Source: a virus
Reading direction: 5' to 3' (one strand)
Virus record (IMG/VR): IMGVR_UViG_3300034103_001027
Location: 42,834-106,833 of that record
Length of the DNA stretch: 64,000 bases
This document shows positions 29,313 to 41,600 of the stretch, in pieces (the stretch's first letter is position 1; each line of letters starts with the position of its first letter). The position numbers and the translations under genes were made by a program. The notes beneath the pieces are model-generated. The model was given only the letters and a program-made list of their open reading frames with translations. It was not told the DNA's origin and searched no databases.

Positions 29313-32300
29313 CAAATTCCCACCCCGTCTTATGCTTGGTAGCGTCGGAGTATCCTTTCAGTATTGTAGCCAGAGGTTTACTGACAATCATCTAATAGTT
29401 CCTCCTTTTCTTCCTTGATTCCAAACTTTTTCATGAGCGACTCCCGGTACTCCAAAGCGCCCTCCACCCCCAAGGCTCGCATCCTCTGGCTGAACAGATG
29501 CCTTACAGGCTCCAGCTTCTCGTAGGTACTGAGGACCCCCTTGACCTTCTCATGGGCTGCCTGTAATGCCTCATGGTACTCTGCGTGCCTGGAATCAATT
29601 GCGTCTGGAACAAACACGCAATTACGAATCACGAGAAATTCCCCGTCCTTTTCTGCGACGAGGATGTGGTATGTCTTACTGATAGGTAGCTTGTCGATTA
29701 CGTTCATGTATGCCTCTTTCGTTGTTGATGTAGTGTCGGATACTAAGTGTCTCTTATAGGCGACTCCTTGTGTGTTATAGGCTTGTTAAATCTATGTATC
29801 GCCAACCAGCTCGCGCGCCGATTCGTTCACTTCCATTCATTTCACTCTCCTTCGACTACCACTCTGGTAGTGTACTGATCTCCATTGATCACGTAAGTGC
29901 CACACGCTTCACCAGTCGCTAGCGCCTCGGTGATCATGCCTTGCACTGGATGGTCAGGCGAGAATATTTCCCGTACCTTGCTGACCTCGCCGTGCGCTAC
30001 TGTATGCACAGCATTTCCGTCGATGTCGTTCACTAATACTATTGCCATTACACCTCCTCTGATTGGTCGTCGACCACTTGAAACAAAACGCGATCATGGC
30101 TTTCAAAAATAGAAGCAAATCCATCACGCAGGCGAATGTTACCTGGATCGATTTCCAGTAGCCTTTCCATTGCTGTCTTTAGTAATTTTTTCGATTCTAC
30201 TAAGCACACCCTTGCCGCCTCTCGCGACCTCACTCGCTCAATTCTCTTCATTTTGCTCCTCCGTTGGTCTGGTGTTTAACTGACTGGCCATGACTCTCGC
30301 GCTCAGCACGTTCCAAGAACCCCAAAAAGTTCATTCTTATACGCCCAAGATTCGACATCCGCAATCTGCTCCTCAGTCATACACTCTTCAATAGCATCCA
30401 TCGCCGATTCAATTTTATTAAGTCTCTTATAATATGCTTTGAGTTCTCTGTGATAAGGATGATCCATTGGATTCTTACCATAAAATGGGCTTCGCCAAAG
30501 TGCGTGCACCCTGCGGGCAAGCCTCTTGAAGGTTGCTATTTGCGTTGTAGTTGCCATTCCTATCTCCGTTAAATAAGTAAGTATCTCACGCTTTACGTTT
30601 CACACATCCTTTAAGCTGTGAACATAAGAGAATGTCCTCGTTGGAGTACCCACCTGCCGGTGGCTGTCCTTCATAAAACGAGTATATGATTTGTTGCTGT
30701 CCCACTCCATATTTACCAGGATTTGGGTTTTGGTTTCACCAACAATTACACCGACAAGGCCGTCGCTTGTCTTGATGTATAGCGTACCTAAATGGTTGAT
30801 TAGCTTGCTCATTCTGCCTCTCCCTTGCAAGAATAGCGGCCAGACGAAGTGACAGGCCGCTTGATACTCAACACTTCTTTATCTATAAACTCAGTGCATG
30901 AGCACATGCCACTTCGCACCTCACCTAGCAGGGACAGTTCCAGGCGACTAGCTTCCCTATACTTAGAAAACGCATCCCTCTCTGCGAGTCTACACGCTTC
31001 AGTTTCAGATTGAATCATTGTGTCGAACTCAACCATCGTTTTCACTAGGCCAATCCTCTTGGCCTCTCGTCTTGCAAATGTTTGAGTGCGACGGGGATCC
31101 TGTGATCGCAAGTATCTCAAAAAGTCCAGAGCCTTAGTTGTGGGGTTTTCGTAGTTAAAGTCGTTCATGTAGCGGATCGCTTTAACCTCACCGTTGTCAA
31201 TCGCGACCCAGGCTTTACCGCAGCCCCTGTAGTCTCGATCCAGGACGGTATCATCTATCTTGTAAACAATCATTTTGTGCCTCCTTCGATTTGGTGTTTA
31301 ACTGTTCGTTACTACTCGATCACGTAGCATGTGACGCTTGTGCCATCTATCTCGACCGAGATTACACCGCTGCCGCCATCATGCTTAGCCGCCTCAATTG
31401 ATTCAGCCAGCTCTTCGGCGGTTGCCTCTCGAACAAAATCGCCGGTCTGATAACTCATTAAGCTTGCCATTTATCTCTCCATATCTAAGGGTTGTGCGTA
31501 GCCGCATTGAAGCTAGTTGTCGGTTACTGAATACTAACCTCTGGCAAATCCATGACCCCATCGCTTTCGCGAAGCTCATTCGCGGCGTCACACCAGTCGC
31601 TTGCAAGTTGCCTGAGATACTTCTCGCATGTATCAGTCAGTGGAAACGATCCGCAGAAGTCCTCGGCTACAACTCTGAACTTATCATGGCCTGGCATGTC
31701 CATTGCGCTCAGGTCGTACTCGTTGAAGATAGCCAGGCAGCCTTGTTGCCCTTCGCAATGCAGCCACAAGCCGCCCTTCCCTGACTTTGTAGTGCCGGGA
31801 TGTATCTTGACTGAGCCATCAGCTAAGCCCTTAGCAAGCCAGCCGCACGTTCCACGAAGGTATCCGGTATTGGGTATACTGAATTCCATAACTAAATCTC
31901 CTGCGGGGCGATAGCTGCCCGCTAGCTTCCGGTAATTCCCGGCGTTTCCCGAATTCGGTCGGGGCCGTTCCTCAAAGTGAGGTAATTCATCTACATTCTA
32001 ACATCGGTTATTACCGATATCGGAATCCTCTTTCTCTCGTGCAGTACCTTCGCCCACTTATGGCCGTAGCCAAGCAGGCGATAGTTACCTCCACCGCATG
32101 TCGTCACCCATACGGACTTGATTGCCAAGTCCCTATTGCTGACCATCTTCTTCAGTTCTCTCAGTGTCATCTCGATTCTCCATTTCAATGAACAGATCTA
32201 TTTGTGCGTCAATTGCATCAGCCGCCTCTTTGGCTGTTGCGCGATCCTCATTTGTATTGAGGTCAGCTTCCCGTGCTAGCCAGTACAGGAATCTCTGTAT

Positions 32301-32332
32301 CATCCCAAATAGTTCTAGCGTCTTGCCTTTCA

Positions 32333-33166
32333 TCACCACCATCCAGTCACGGCAAAGCCGCTGTCAAGTGCCTTCTGTCGAAACTCCTTCGATGGTGCCT
32401 TGAGTCTTAACCCAATCACAACACCACGAGGATCTTCCCATCTGCGGTCAGTCTCATCTCCGTTGACTACCTGGAAACCATTCCATTCCTCTGGGAGAGT
32501 CCGATTGAACTTGTGAAGGTTCCTCGCCCCTGAAGTGTAACCATCGTCAAACACAACGGCAACATTCTTTCCTTCCTGGAGCAGCTCGATGCATGTTCCG
32601 TCACCGAATTTACCACCTCTAGAGAATGTAGTCCAGTAGTTCTTTCGGACTTGACCAACTCGCTGAGGGTGTTTGGTGTAGTCATAGAACTGAACATCTG
32701 GGTGTGCTTGCGGCACGCCGTATTTCTCCCACTTAATATCAGAAAACATGTTCGGCCTGTAGCAAAGCTTCTTGCCCTGCTTCTTAGCCTTCTCACTGAA
32801 CTTCTCGATCTCCCTTGCTTGTTGGTCAAGGAACCATTCGCGAGCCTGGAACCACGCAACAGTCCTGGCTATTCTAGCGCCGTGAATCACGTCGCCTAAA
32901 AAGTGCTTTGCACCTCTTCCTGTCTGGTCGAGACATGTGTCTGGGCAGTGCAGCGCATTCGTGCATACGTTGCCAGTTCCAGAACTCTCCTCTGGAGCCA
33001 GCGACGTGCCACAGGACATATACTCTTCGTTGTTATTCTTGGCTGTCTTCATGTTGTTATCGCCGTTAGAGACTACGCTCTTAACTGGTCGCAGCACACC
33101 ATTGACCTCCACCACTGGGCTGCCATTAACCCAATCAACAACACGATTCACCTTAGTATTAATCAC
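32333..33166 (-). CDS. GP88-like (Cys-motif, radical-SAM-like) phage protein
   Basis: 'CTNALHCPDTCL...GRG', 'RPNMFSDI', 'QFYDYTK', 'NVAVVF' and 'NGDETDRRWEDP...GLRLK'. Confidence 0.75.
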   Translation of the reverse strand: MINTKVNRVVDWVNGSPVVEVNGVLRPVKSVVSNGDNNMKTAKNNNEEYMSCGTSLAPEESSGTGNVCTNALHCPDTCLDQTGRGAKHFLGDVIHGARIARTVAWFQAREWFLDQQAREIEKFSEKAKKQGKKLCYRPNMFSDIKWEKYGVPQAHPDVQFYDYTKHPQRVGQVRKNYWTTFSRGGKFGDGTCIELLQEGKNVAVVFDDGYTSGARNLHKFNRTLPEEWNGFQVVNGDETDRRWEDPRGVVIGLRLKAPSKEFRQKALDSGFAVTGWW

Positions 33167-33708
33167 TCAATAGCTCCTTATATTTTAGATACAACAAAAA
33201 GAGAGGCCGGATAAAACTGCCGTTGCCGTACCTCTCAGGGGAGAATGCTACGCAGATGAGTGCCACGTAGCAGGCTAGTTCTTAACTGGACGGCAATCTG
33301 CCTGTTAAGCGCCAGCCCTCTTTGCCTTATACCCTTAGTCGTTGACTGGGTTAATTTCCATTTCGTAGTGCGACCTGGCTGTCTCGAGCATCGACTCGAA
33401 ATCAACGCCTCTATCGCTGCAGAAATGCATCATGTCGACTAAGAGGTCCAGGCAGTCAGATTGCATTGGACCTTCCGAGTTAGTGATGTCTGCATAAAAC
33501 ACGATGCATCGTTCAGCTAGCATTGATCTTTCTTGATTATCCACGAGCGCTGACCTCCAGTGATTGCTTACCGAGACTTGTAATGTCGAAACCATTTTCT
33601 ACTTCACCATCGACTGGCTCAACCAGCCCCTTTCGTTGTAGTGACTTGAGGATCAGGAATGTCTGGTGCCTGCTACCCCAGAACCATGGGCCTTGCCGCC
33701 ATGCACCA

Positions 33709-34212
33709 TTACGCTTCAACTGCAGCAGCACTGCACGTTGATTCTTCGTTGCTCTTGGAACCTTTACTTGCATCCTCTGGACCTTTCTGAAAAATGAGGG
33801 GTGCCTTGCAGCACTTGCTGACATAAAGAATTAGTTTCCTGATCTTGCTGATGGACATTACCTTCTTGCCGCAGCAGGAGCATTCGTACTGATACGCTAT
33901 GCTCGGATGCACGCGAGCCTCGACGCTTCGATCTGGCCTGGCTCCGATCTCTCGGCACTTGGCTCGCCACCTTAACCCATGATCATCACCCGGTGTTAGG
34001 GCGTGTGCGACTTCATGCAGCACAGTATCCATCAAGTCGCCTTCGGGTTGGTATTTCGACACATGGATACACTTGCTGCTGCAGTCGCAAAGGCCAAGTG
34101 TCCTCTTGCTTCTGGTCACCTTGACGCTCCAGTCGCTAAGTCCATGAGCGTCCAGGACGCTTTGGACCTCTGCGACATTAACGTCGACACGCTTAAGTAC
34201 TCGCATTGGCAT
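33709..34212 (-). CDS. SprT-like zinc metalloprotease
   Basis: 'LGLC...DTVLHEVAHAL...HGLRW...IGA' with C-terminal Cys cluster. Confidence 0.85.
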   Translation of the reverse strand: MPMRVLKRVDVNVAEVQSVLDAHGLSDWSVKVTRSKRTLGLCDCSSKCIHVSKYQPEGDLMDTVLHEVAHALTPGDDHGLRWRAKCREIGARPDRSVEARVHPSIAYQYECSCCGKKVMSISKIRKLILYVSKCCKAPLIFQKGPEDASKGSKSNEESTCSAAAVEA

Positions 34213-36677
34213 TCTCCTTGTAAGCCCTAAGTAACTTGACAGCCTTCTCGGACATATTCAGTGCGTCATGGTGTGCCGTTAGCCCCCTGACAGTCATCTC
34301 TTCCATTAGCCTCCATGTGAAGTACCCCATTGCCTCTTCTCGCTGGTCGCTGTAGAAGTAGTGACCGTTGATCCACTCTGCGCTTCCTAGTGTATACAGT
34401 GACACAACGTACCCTGCGCACCTGCCACTGCCGCTTCTCTGCTCGACAAGTATTAGGTGTACAAATTCGTCAGGCGCACCAAGCGCACTGTACGGCGCAA
34501 AGGCCACTAGGTTGCCGGATGCCTTGTAGTTAATCATTGTCGCTCTCCTGGATATGAACGTGTTGTGATTGCGCGGATATGTACTGTCCGTTGCAGCATA
34601 TCACTGGGCCTCCATGATCCCACCCAACAAGCCGATGCATCGCCCTATTGTTGCCAGGCTCGCTGCCGTACTGAACCAGTACGTCAGTCCTTGGATTCAC
34701 ATCGCTTGGGCGAACTGCTCTCCACTTTTGTGGTCGATACCTCCGATAACTCCTCTCTTCCCCCCACTCAATAGGCTCAGTGAGTTCGCTGTCAGTTAGC
34801 GCGATTATGTTATTGCCGATGGCAATACGAGTAATGCTATCGCTCCATCGCCACATCTCATCGACCTTCATCACTGCAGACAGTCCCTCAAACGCTTCCT
34901 TTGGTGTCATTACTTAATCTCCCTTGTTAAGTTCTCACAAGCCCTGAGTGCCTCTCGTAAATTCCACCAGTCTTGATACCACCTGTATCCGTCTTCATCT
35001 ACAGGATAGTCATCATCGTGATTGTCCTCATCCACATAGACAGCACCGACGTCCATGTGATTAGCCATAACCTCTCTCGCCTCTTCCATGAGTATCTGAA
35101 ACTCAACTGGAATGTTCATCTCCTGTCCCTTTCGTAAGATTCAAATGTATCGTACCCATAACACGCAATCATCTGATCCATCATGACACTCATGTGCCCG
35201 GAACTTGCTGTGCCGCCGAACCCCTCGTCCTTTCTGTCGTTGTAGTTCTCAGCGAGCTTAGCCATCAGTTCCAGCGTGTCACTGAGTAAGTACTCCGTGT
35301 CCTCCTCAAGGCACTCCAGCACCTTTATGATGCACTCGGTTATGAAGATCCCTTCGTAGCACTCTGGATCATTGCCGTTCTCTTGTAGGAATAGTTTCAT
35401 ATTACCAACATCTCCTTGAATGTTTTAAGGATCTCTTTACCTAGACTAGTAGGCGTGTACTGCTTGCCGTCGAAACTCGCCAGACCTTTGCGAGCCAGCG
35501 AGTCCATGGCCCTCTTGGTTCCAGATGGAGTATCCCACACCCACCCGCAGCAGTCGTGCCACTTTCCACTATCGACCAATGACCTAAGGACAGCCACTTG
35601 AATCGCTCCGACACTGACCCCATGCTTCCTCTTGATATGGTCCAGGTTTTTAGCTTGCTGCACGTCCACCAGAAGCCTATTAACGTACCCGATCCAGTAT
35701 CCCGCTGCGCTGTCACTAACACTGCGACTCTCGATAGTGCTCTGTATGAACTTCAGTAGCGAAGTGAGCTCCGCGATGTCTATTGAATACTTCATGCTTT
35801 ACTCACCTCCTTAACCGTCTCGACCCACTTATCGCTTCCCATTATTTCACCATCAAAGATAATATATTTCTTTAGTATCTCCTCTCCGATCCTTGCTGCA
35901 TCCTGGCGAGACTCAGCCTCGACGATCCTTGTCTCAATGTAAATCTCCTTGCGAACAAACTTGATCTCATACTTCTTCATCTGACTCTCCTTCTCTTCTT
36001 GCTTGACTTAACCTTGCACGGAAACTTCTCGTACACCCAATCCTCTAGTATCTCAAAGTCCTTCGTGGATATCCTTCGCGCCTCGTGCTCCTCATGCAGA
36101 TTCCTGATTACGTACAGCAGCCGATCTCTCTTGTCCTGTATCATCTTCAGGTTGCCATCGCACTTAATGGCCTGCTTGAATCTTTGTATCGTGCCCATCA
36201 CTTGCTCCTTCTTGTTACTTGATATTCCCTGTCGAAGACGACCACCTCGTCCTCGTATACAGTGATCCTATTGTCTTCCTCGTCGATCACGACCATGCAA
36301 GGAATCCCACGCATAATCGTCTCGACATTCAAGTACTCAACACCTTCTAAGTGAACTTGATTTGATTCCATTACGGTACTCCAAGTTCTTCTGACAGATC
36401 GTGGTCGTAGTTTGTACTGCCGTCATCGTTAACTCCGTAGATAGATACCTCTGTTGGCCTTTTCGTGTCAGGCTCAATCTCAACACCCATGTCTTTCTCG
36501 AACCTAGAACCGTCCATGAGTTCGCAGTGGAATACACCCCATTTAATCCACCACTCCTTAATATCTTCAGTAGTCTTTCCCTCTGGCAATTCTACTGACG
36601 CACATGTGCTGCAGTAGTAAGTCGCATGTACTATAAACTCATTAATCGCCTTCATTTGCATTCTCCTTTGTGTGAAA

Positions 36678-37148
36678 CTACCGTCGTGATACACTGACCT
36701 TAAGTGACTCCATTATCCGATTGGCAATGTCGTCTGTGTCAATTCCGACACGCTCAGCGAGGTTGTCGTAGTCGATGTGTATGCTCTCGGCCAGTTCGGC
36801 ATAGTCCAGGTCGATGTTGCTTGCGATATCCTCTTTATCCAACTCAAGACACTCAACCAACTCCCTGTAGTCGACTTCAAGGTATCTAGCTAGCTCGCTA
36901 TATTCAAAACATAGGTTATCAGCCAGCTCTCTGTAATCGATATGCCTCGACCAGTTTATGTCCTCAGTGGCTCTCGTAACTGCATCATCTATAGCTACCG
37001 AATCTAGACCCTTGCTGACTTCACGGCGCATGACTTCTTCAATATCGATTCTATTGATTCGAGATTGAATCTCTGATGCAATCAGTTGTTTGACGCACGC
37101 ATCGATGCGATTCGTGATGAATGATTTAAATCGTGTGAACATGTTCAT
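36678..37148 (-). CDS. Acidic protein with about 11-aa IDYxELA repeats
   Basis: IDYRELA / FEYSELA / VDYRELV / LDYAELA / IDYDNLA / IDTDDIA. Confidence 0.65.
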   Translation of the reverse strand: MNMFTRFKSFITNRIDACVKQLIASEIQSRINRIDIEEVMRREVSKGLDSVAIDDAVTRATEDINWSRHIDYRELADNLCFEYSELARYLEVDYRELVECLELDKEDIASNIDLDYAELAESIHIDYDNLAERVGIDTDDIANRIMESLKVSVSRR

Positions 37149-37684
37149 TTGTCTTCTCCTTTTGAAAATTGTTTACTATCCCGCAGGTACTTCAGAAGGG
37201 CGACCGCCTTCTTGTACTCAGCCTGAATCGCCAGATCCTCTAGTGCCGCATGCCCGTCAAGGGCCTTGCACAGGTCGGACATGGAGATCAGTACGTCTCG
37301 AATGCTTGTCACCATATCGATGGTAACGCCACCAATAGTGACGCCACCCTCTACAGTGAGCATCCCATCTATGACGGTGATCGTGTGCTTCACTTCTCCT
37401 CCAGCGTGTACGTGACTGCTACGTCGTCCATGGTTTCGCTAATTACCGCACCCTCGGACCTCAGCACTGCGAGTACGCTCTCAAATGCCTTCTTGGTGCA
37501 GTCAGATATAGCATCAACTGGAACAATTCGAACTGGTCGGCCACTCATGAGATCCTCTACGTGTCTAGCGATGTCACCTGCAGGCCACCCGAACGTCATG
37601 AACATCGCCATCTCTTGCCTGACGATTTCACTTGACACCTCATTACTTAGCTTCATATTGATTCTCCTGTCTCTTAAGAGACGG

Positions 37685-38644
37685 CTAAACATTAAAGAAC
37701 TTTCGCAATCTCTCGTGACCGTATTGACCTTTCGTCTTCTCAATTATCTGCTTGACCGTGTACTCCTTTCTCTCATGCCCTGCGGACTCGACGAACATTT
37801 GGCAGCCCATCGAGCAGGCCCCGGTAACTGACCTGTACAACTGAACGCACTTCTCGAACGGCAGCTTGTCGGTTAGCTTCAGGCCCTTGAACTCACTGGT
37901 GTCCCTCGGTGATAACTTGTAGGCCAGGGACTCACGCGCTTTCTCGATGGTCTCTCCGTGAGAATAGTTCTCCCCGTCTGTTACGAGATACGAAACCTTG
38001 CCGTCGATCTGGCGTAGTTTGCGAATACCAAACTTCTCGCTTATGACTTCCGAGAAGACACCATCAACCTTGATGTACTTGCCGTTCTGCCAAGACAGGA
38101 GTCGAACATCGCTTCCTATATGGCGACTGTCGCCCTGCAGGTGTAGGTCTCCACCAACCGTAGGATTAAATCCTTCCGGCAGGCTGGTAACACTCCGCAG
38201 ATATAGGTTTCCACCAACCGTAGGATTGAATCCTTCCGGCAGGCTGATAACCCTCGACAGGTATAGGTCTCCACCAACCGTAGGATTAAATCCTTCCGGC
38301 AGGCTGGTAACGCTGTGCAGGTAAAGGCTTCTACAAACCGTAGGATTAAATCCTTCCGGCAGGCTGGTAACACTCCGCAGGTCGAGGTATCCACCAACCG
38401 TAGGATTGAATCCTTCCGGCAGGCTGGTAACACTCCGCAGGTCGAGGTCTCCACCAACCGTAGGATTGAATCCTTCCGGCAGGCTGGTAACACTCGACAG
38501 GTATAGGTCTCCACCAACCGTAGGATTAAATCCTTCCGGCAGGCTGGTAACACTCCGCAGGTCGAGGTCTCCACCAATGGGCTGCCTCCCGTCGAACTGC
38601 TCGTCAGTAATATTGAATTTCTTGCAAAACTCTTTTCGATTCAT
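37685..38644 (-). CDS. Leucine-rich-repeat-like protein with seven 20-aa repeats
   Basis: GGDLxLxSVTSLPEGFNPTV x7. Confidence 0.85.
   Translation of the reverse strand: MNRKEFCKKFNITDEQFDGRQPIGGDLDLRSVTSLPEGFNPTVGGDLYLSSVTSLPEGFNPTVGGDLDLRSVTSLPEGFNPTVGGYLDLRSVTSLPEGFNPTVCRSLYLHSVTSLPEGFNPTVGGDLYLSRVISLPEGFNPTVGGNLYLRSVTSLPEGFNPTVGGDLHLQGDSRHIGSDVRLLSWQNGKYIKVDGVFSEVISEKFGIRKLRQIDGKVSYLVTDGENYSHGETIEKARESLAYKLSPRDTSEFKGLKLTDKLPFEKCVQLYRSVTGACSMGCQMFVESAGHERKEYTVKQIIEKTKGQYGHERLRKFFNV
38140..38576. repeat. 60-bp tandem repeat (about 7 copies), coding
   Basis: Repeated 'ccaccaaccgtaggatt(a/g)aatccttccggcaggctggtaac' at 60-bp period. Confidence 0.95.
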
Positions 38645-41600
38645 ATTGATTCTCCTGCCTCTTAAGAGACGGCTAGTGTCCTAATTTCCTCGAACTCGCA
38701 CTCGCTGACCCCATTGATCCTTAACCACTGCACATGCTCGTACTTCTTGTAGAGTTCATCTCGAATCTCGTCGGCACTTGCGTGGCTACTTAGGATCACT
38801 TGGTCGGCGATACGGTAAAACAAGCCGGACGCATTAACCTTGCGCCCTGTGAATTCGCATTGATAAATCATGTGTTCTCCTTTTTATAATGCGACATGCC
38901 GTACATGGCAAGTCTGGGTCACCAGTCATACTGTGGAAGTTCTTCGTGCAGCGGACCATCCGCATCGAGGACCAACCATTTGCAATCATTGTCCTTGGCT
39001 ATACGAAGAAGCCTCGCAACATTCGTGACACCAAAATTCTCAAGAGCACTAATCGTCTCCTCGAAATCCGGTGGTGTGTATATTCGCCATCCATATTCAT
39101 ACGGGTAGCATATTATGTACTTATTAACCCTACTGCACTTATCTTGGAGCGCTGCGCTTTCAAGTACATTGATATGTGCAGTGCTGAAGACAATCTCTTT
39201 GTTGATTTCGTAGTTCATATTCGCTTCCCTTCTTCTGTAAATTCGTATTCGTTGCAAACGATATTCTCAGCAACATTCTCGTCACCCATCAAGTAGTCGT
39301 ACTCCCTCTCAAGGCTCTTGTACAACCAGTGCGCAAGGTCTCGGAAGAGATCAAGCAAGTCGTCTTCGACGGTTGGCTCAGTGATATCCTTGCCGTCCCG
39401 CCCTTCTATGTAGTCAACGCTCATTGTGTACGCATGAACACCCCTGCCACCCTGACTCACTCGGGCCGTCAGTTGATACATGTACGGCTTCTGTATCGAC
39501 TGCAGTCCTTCGCCTATACGCAGTAACTCCTTGTCATTGCAGTACGCGAGGAGCTTCTTCTTCCAGCCAGGCGAGTACTCATAATCCCCGGCCCAGGATG
39601 CTCCATCACCCTGCGAGCAGAAGCCGCTAAAGTAAATCACTGGCTTGTACACAGGTATCTTAGCGCCGTCTTTTCCGAGACGGTAAGTGCAGCTTGTTCT
39701 TTCGCTCAGGGTGATACCGAGTATCTTCGTGATCGCAATGAAGTCATCGAAGATGCAATCCCACCACTCGTCGTATGGGTAATCCCCCCCTCGATACCAG
39801 TCGCGAGCATTGGCTTTTGCTGAATCGCTAAGCTCCTCGTAGGTGTAGACCTTCGTCTCAATCGTTCGCATGGCTCTCCTCCGTTCTCTGTATTGGCTCG
39901 ACCTTAGTGACACGCAGTCCACCGCAGATTGTCTTGGCAGTCACCTGATGTGAAGGAGCCCTGCCTTTCGAAAATGGATTGGACTTCCACTGAACCTTGA
40001 TGCAATCTTCATCGTGCGATATCCGCACAGTCGTCCCAAGGCATGCGCCGGGGTACTCATTGCCACCGCTGACAATGCCGTTCTCTATGGCGCGAGCAAT
40101 CCTTAGTAACTGCTCGGCACTCAACTTAATACCGTTCATTACATCCTCCTAATCGAACCAAAAGTAAAGCCTAATTGCAGACACAATGAACTCATCTGCT
40201 TGATTGGCGAACCTACTGAAGTCAGCCAGAGTTTCTTTACTGTACTCCCCGACATACTCCAGTCCCTCGATAGTCACCCTGTAGTCGTCTCTTAGGTGAC
40301 TGATGGCGTAGCCATGGGCCGTAAACACTGGGTTGCTCTCCATAAATTTAAGCATCTCCGAGGCAGTTGGCGCACTGTTCTGGTGATCCTTTCCTTCAAT
40401 GAACTTCTCATCGAACAACTTCTTCAATGTCTCTAGGGTCATACCCCTGAAACTCTCGCAGTCGCCGACCTCATCTCGGCCAAAGATAATCTGATTCCGT
40501 CGCTTGTAATCTTTATTTAACATCAGTATTCTCCTTAAATATCTAATCCACCACGCTGAAATAAAACCACCTTCTTGGGATGCTCGATCTCGTGCGAGCT
40601 TTTCATTCTTCTGCCCCTGCACTTTCAATGAACTTCTCCCTTGTCAACACCTGAATCACTACAGACATATCCGAAGCCAGCCCCCTGGGTGATATCGGGC
40701 CAGTTGGCACCTCCTTCAGAGTGCAGTTCGGCCCGTATGGTAGGATGGTCAGTTGACCAGCCCAGCTTGACCCAAAATCATGTGCTTCCAGTAGAACCCA
40801 GCCATCAGGCCGGTACTCATTCAGTTGCACCCCAAGACGCCGTGACAACTCTGGCGGCTCAATGTCTTGCTTGCCGCAGTATGTTGCGATAAACGTCGAA
40901 CGGTCCACGTATTCCATCATTCTTCTCCTGTTTCTTGTGGTACATTCGCCTTACATGGCAAGTTGTTGATACAAAAATCATACGCATCAGAAAATCTGTC
41001 GTCGCTTCGCACCATGGAATCAATCTTATTGACCCACAGAACAGTGACCGGATGTTCCCTCAGCGCATCGCCATAGACACCATGGCCCTTTAGGTCCGAT
41101 AGCGCCCTGGAGAATCCATTAGCTACCGCCATAAGATTGCAGGCGTCTTGGACCGATAGGGCGTCATCGCATAGTTCAGGTATTGGTTTCATTGACATGA
41201 GTCCTTTCTAAAGTTGACTTCATTTCGAGGATACAGAACATGTATTCATCATGGGCAACTGGCCGCCAGTTCTCCACGAGATCCTTCAAGACCATTGGCC
41301 CTGTGCAGAATCTCCCTTCATGGAAGTAGATGATTTTCTTTGTTTTCTCGTGGACATACGAAGGACAGAATCCCCAGTATTTCCAGCACCCAGTAATTGT
41401 GTAGCCATACCTCGCCATGTCTGGGATCTTGCGGAACCCGTCAATAGCATCCGCCTTGTAGTACCTGCGACGGTCAGCCATCACATCCATCCTTTCTCTT
41501 TGAGGTGCTGCTTAATATCCCTATAGGTGCAGTTGCTTAGTCCTGGCCAGAAGACGCTAAACATAGTTCCGTACTCAAGCTCTGCCTTGCACGCACCTCC

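Noticed and set aside
38140-38576. Possible CRISPR array
   Set aside because: The 60-bp units are tandem with no unique spacers, stay in frame and encode LRR-like repeats; no cas genes are present.
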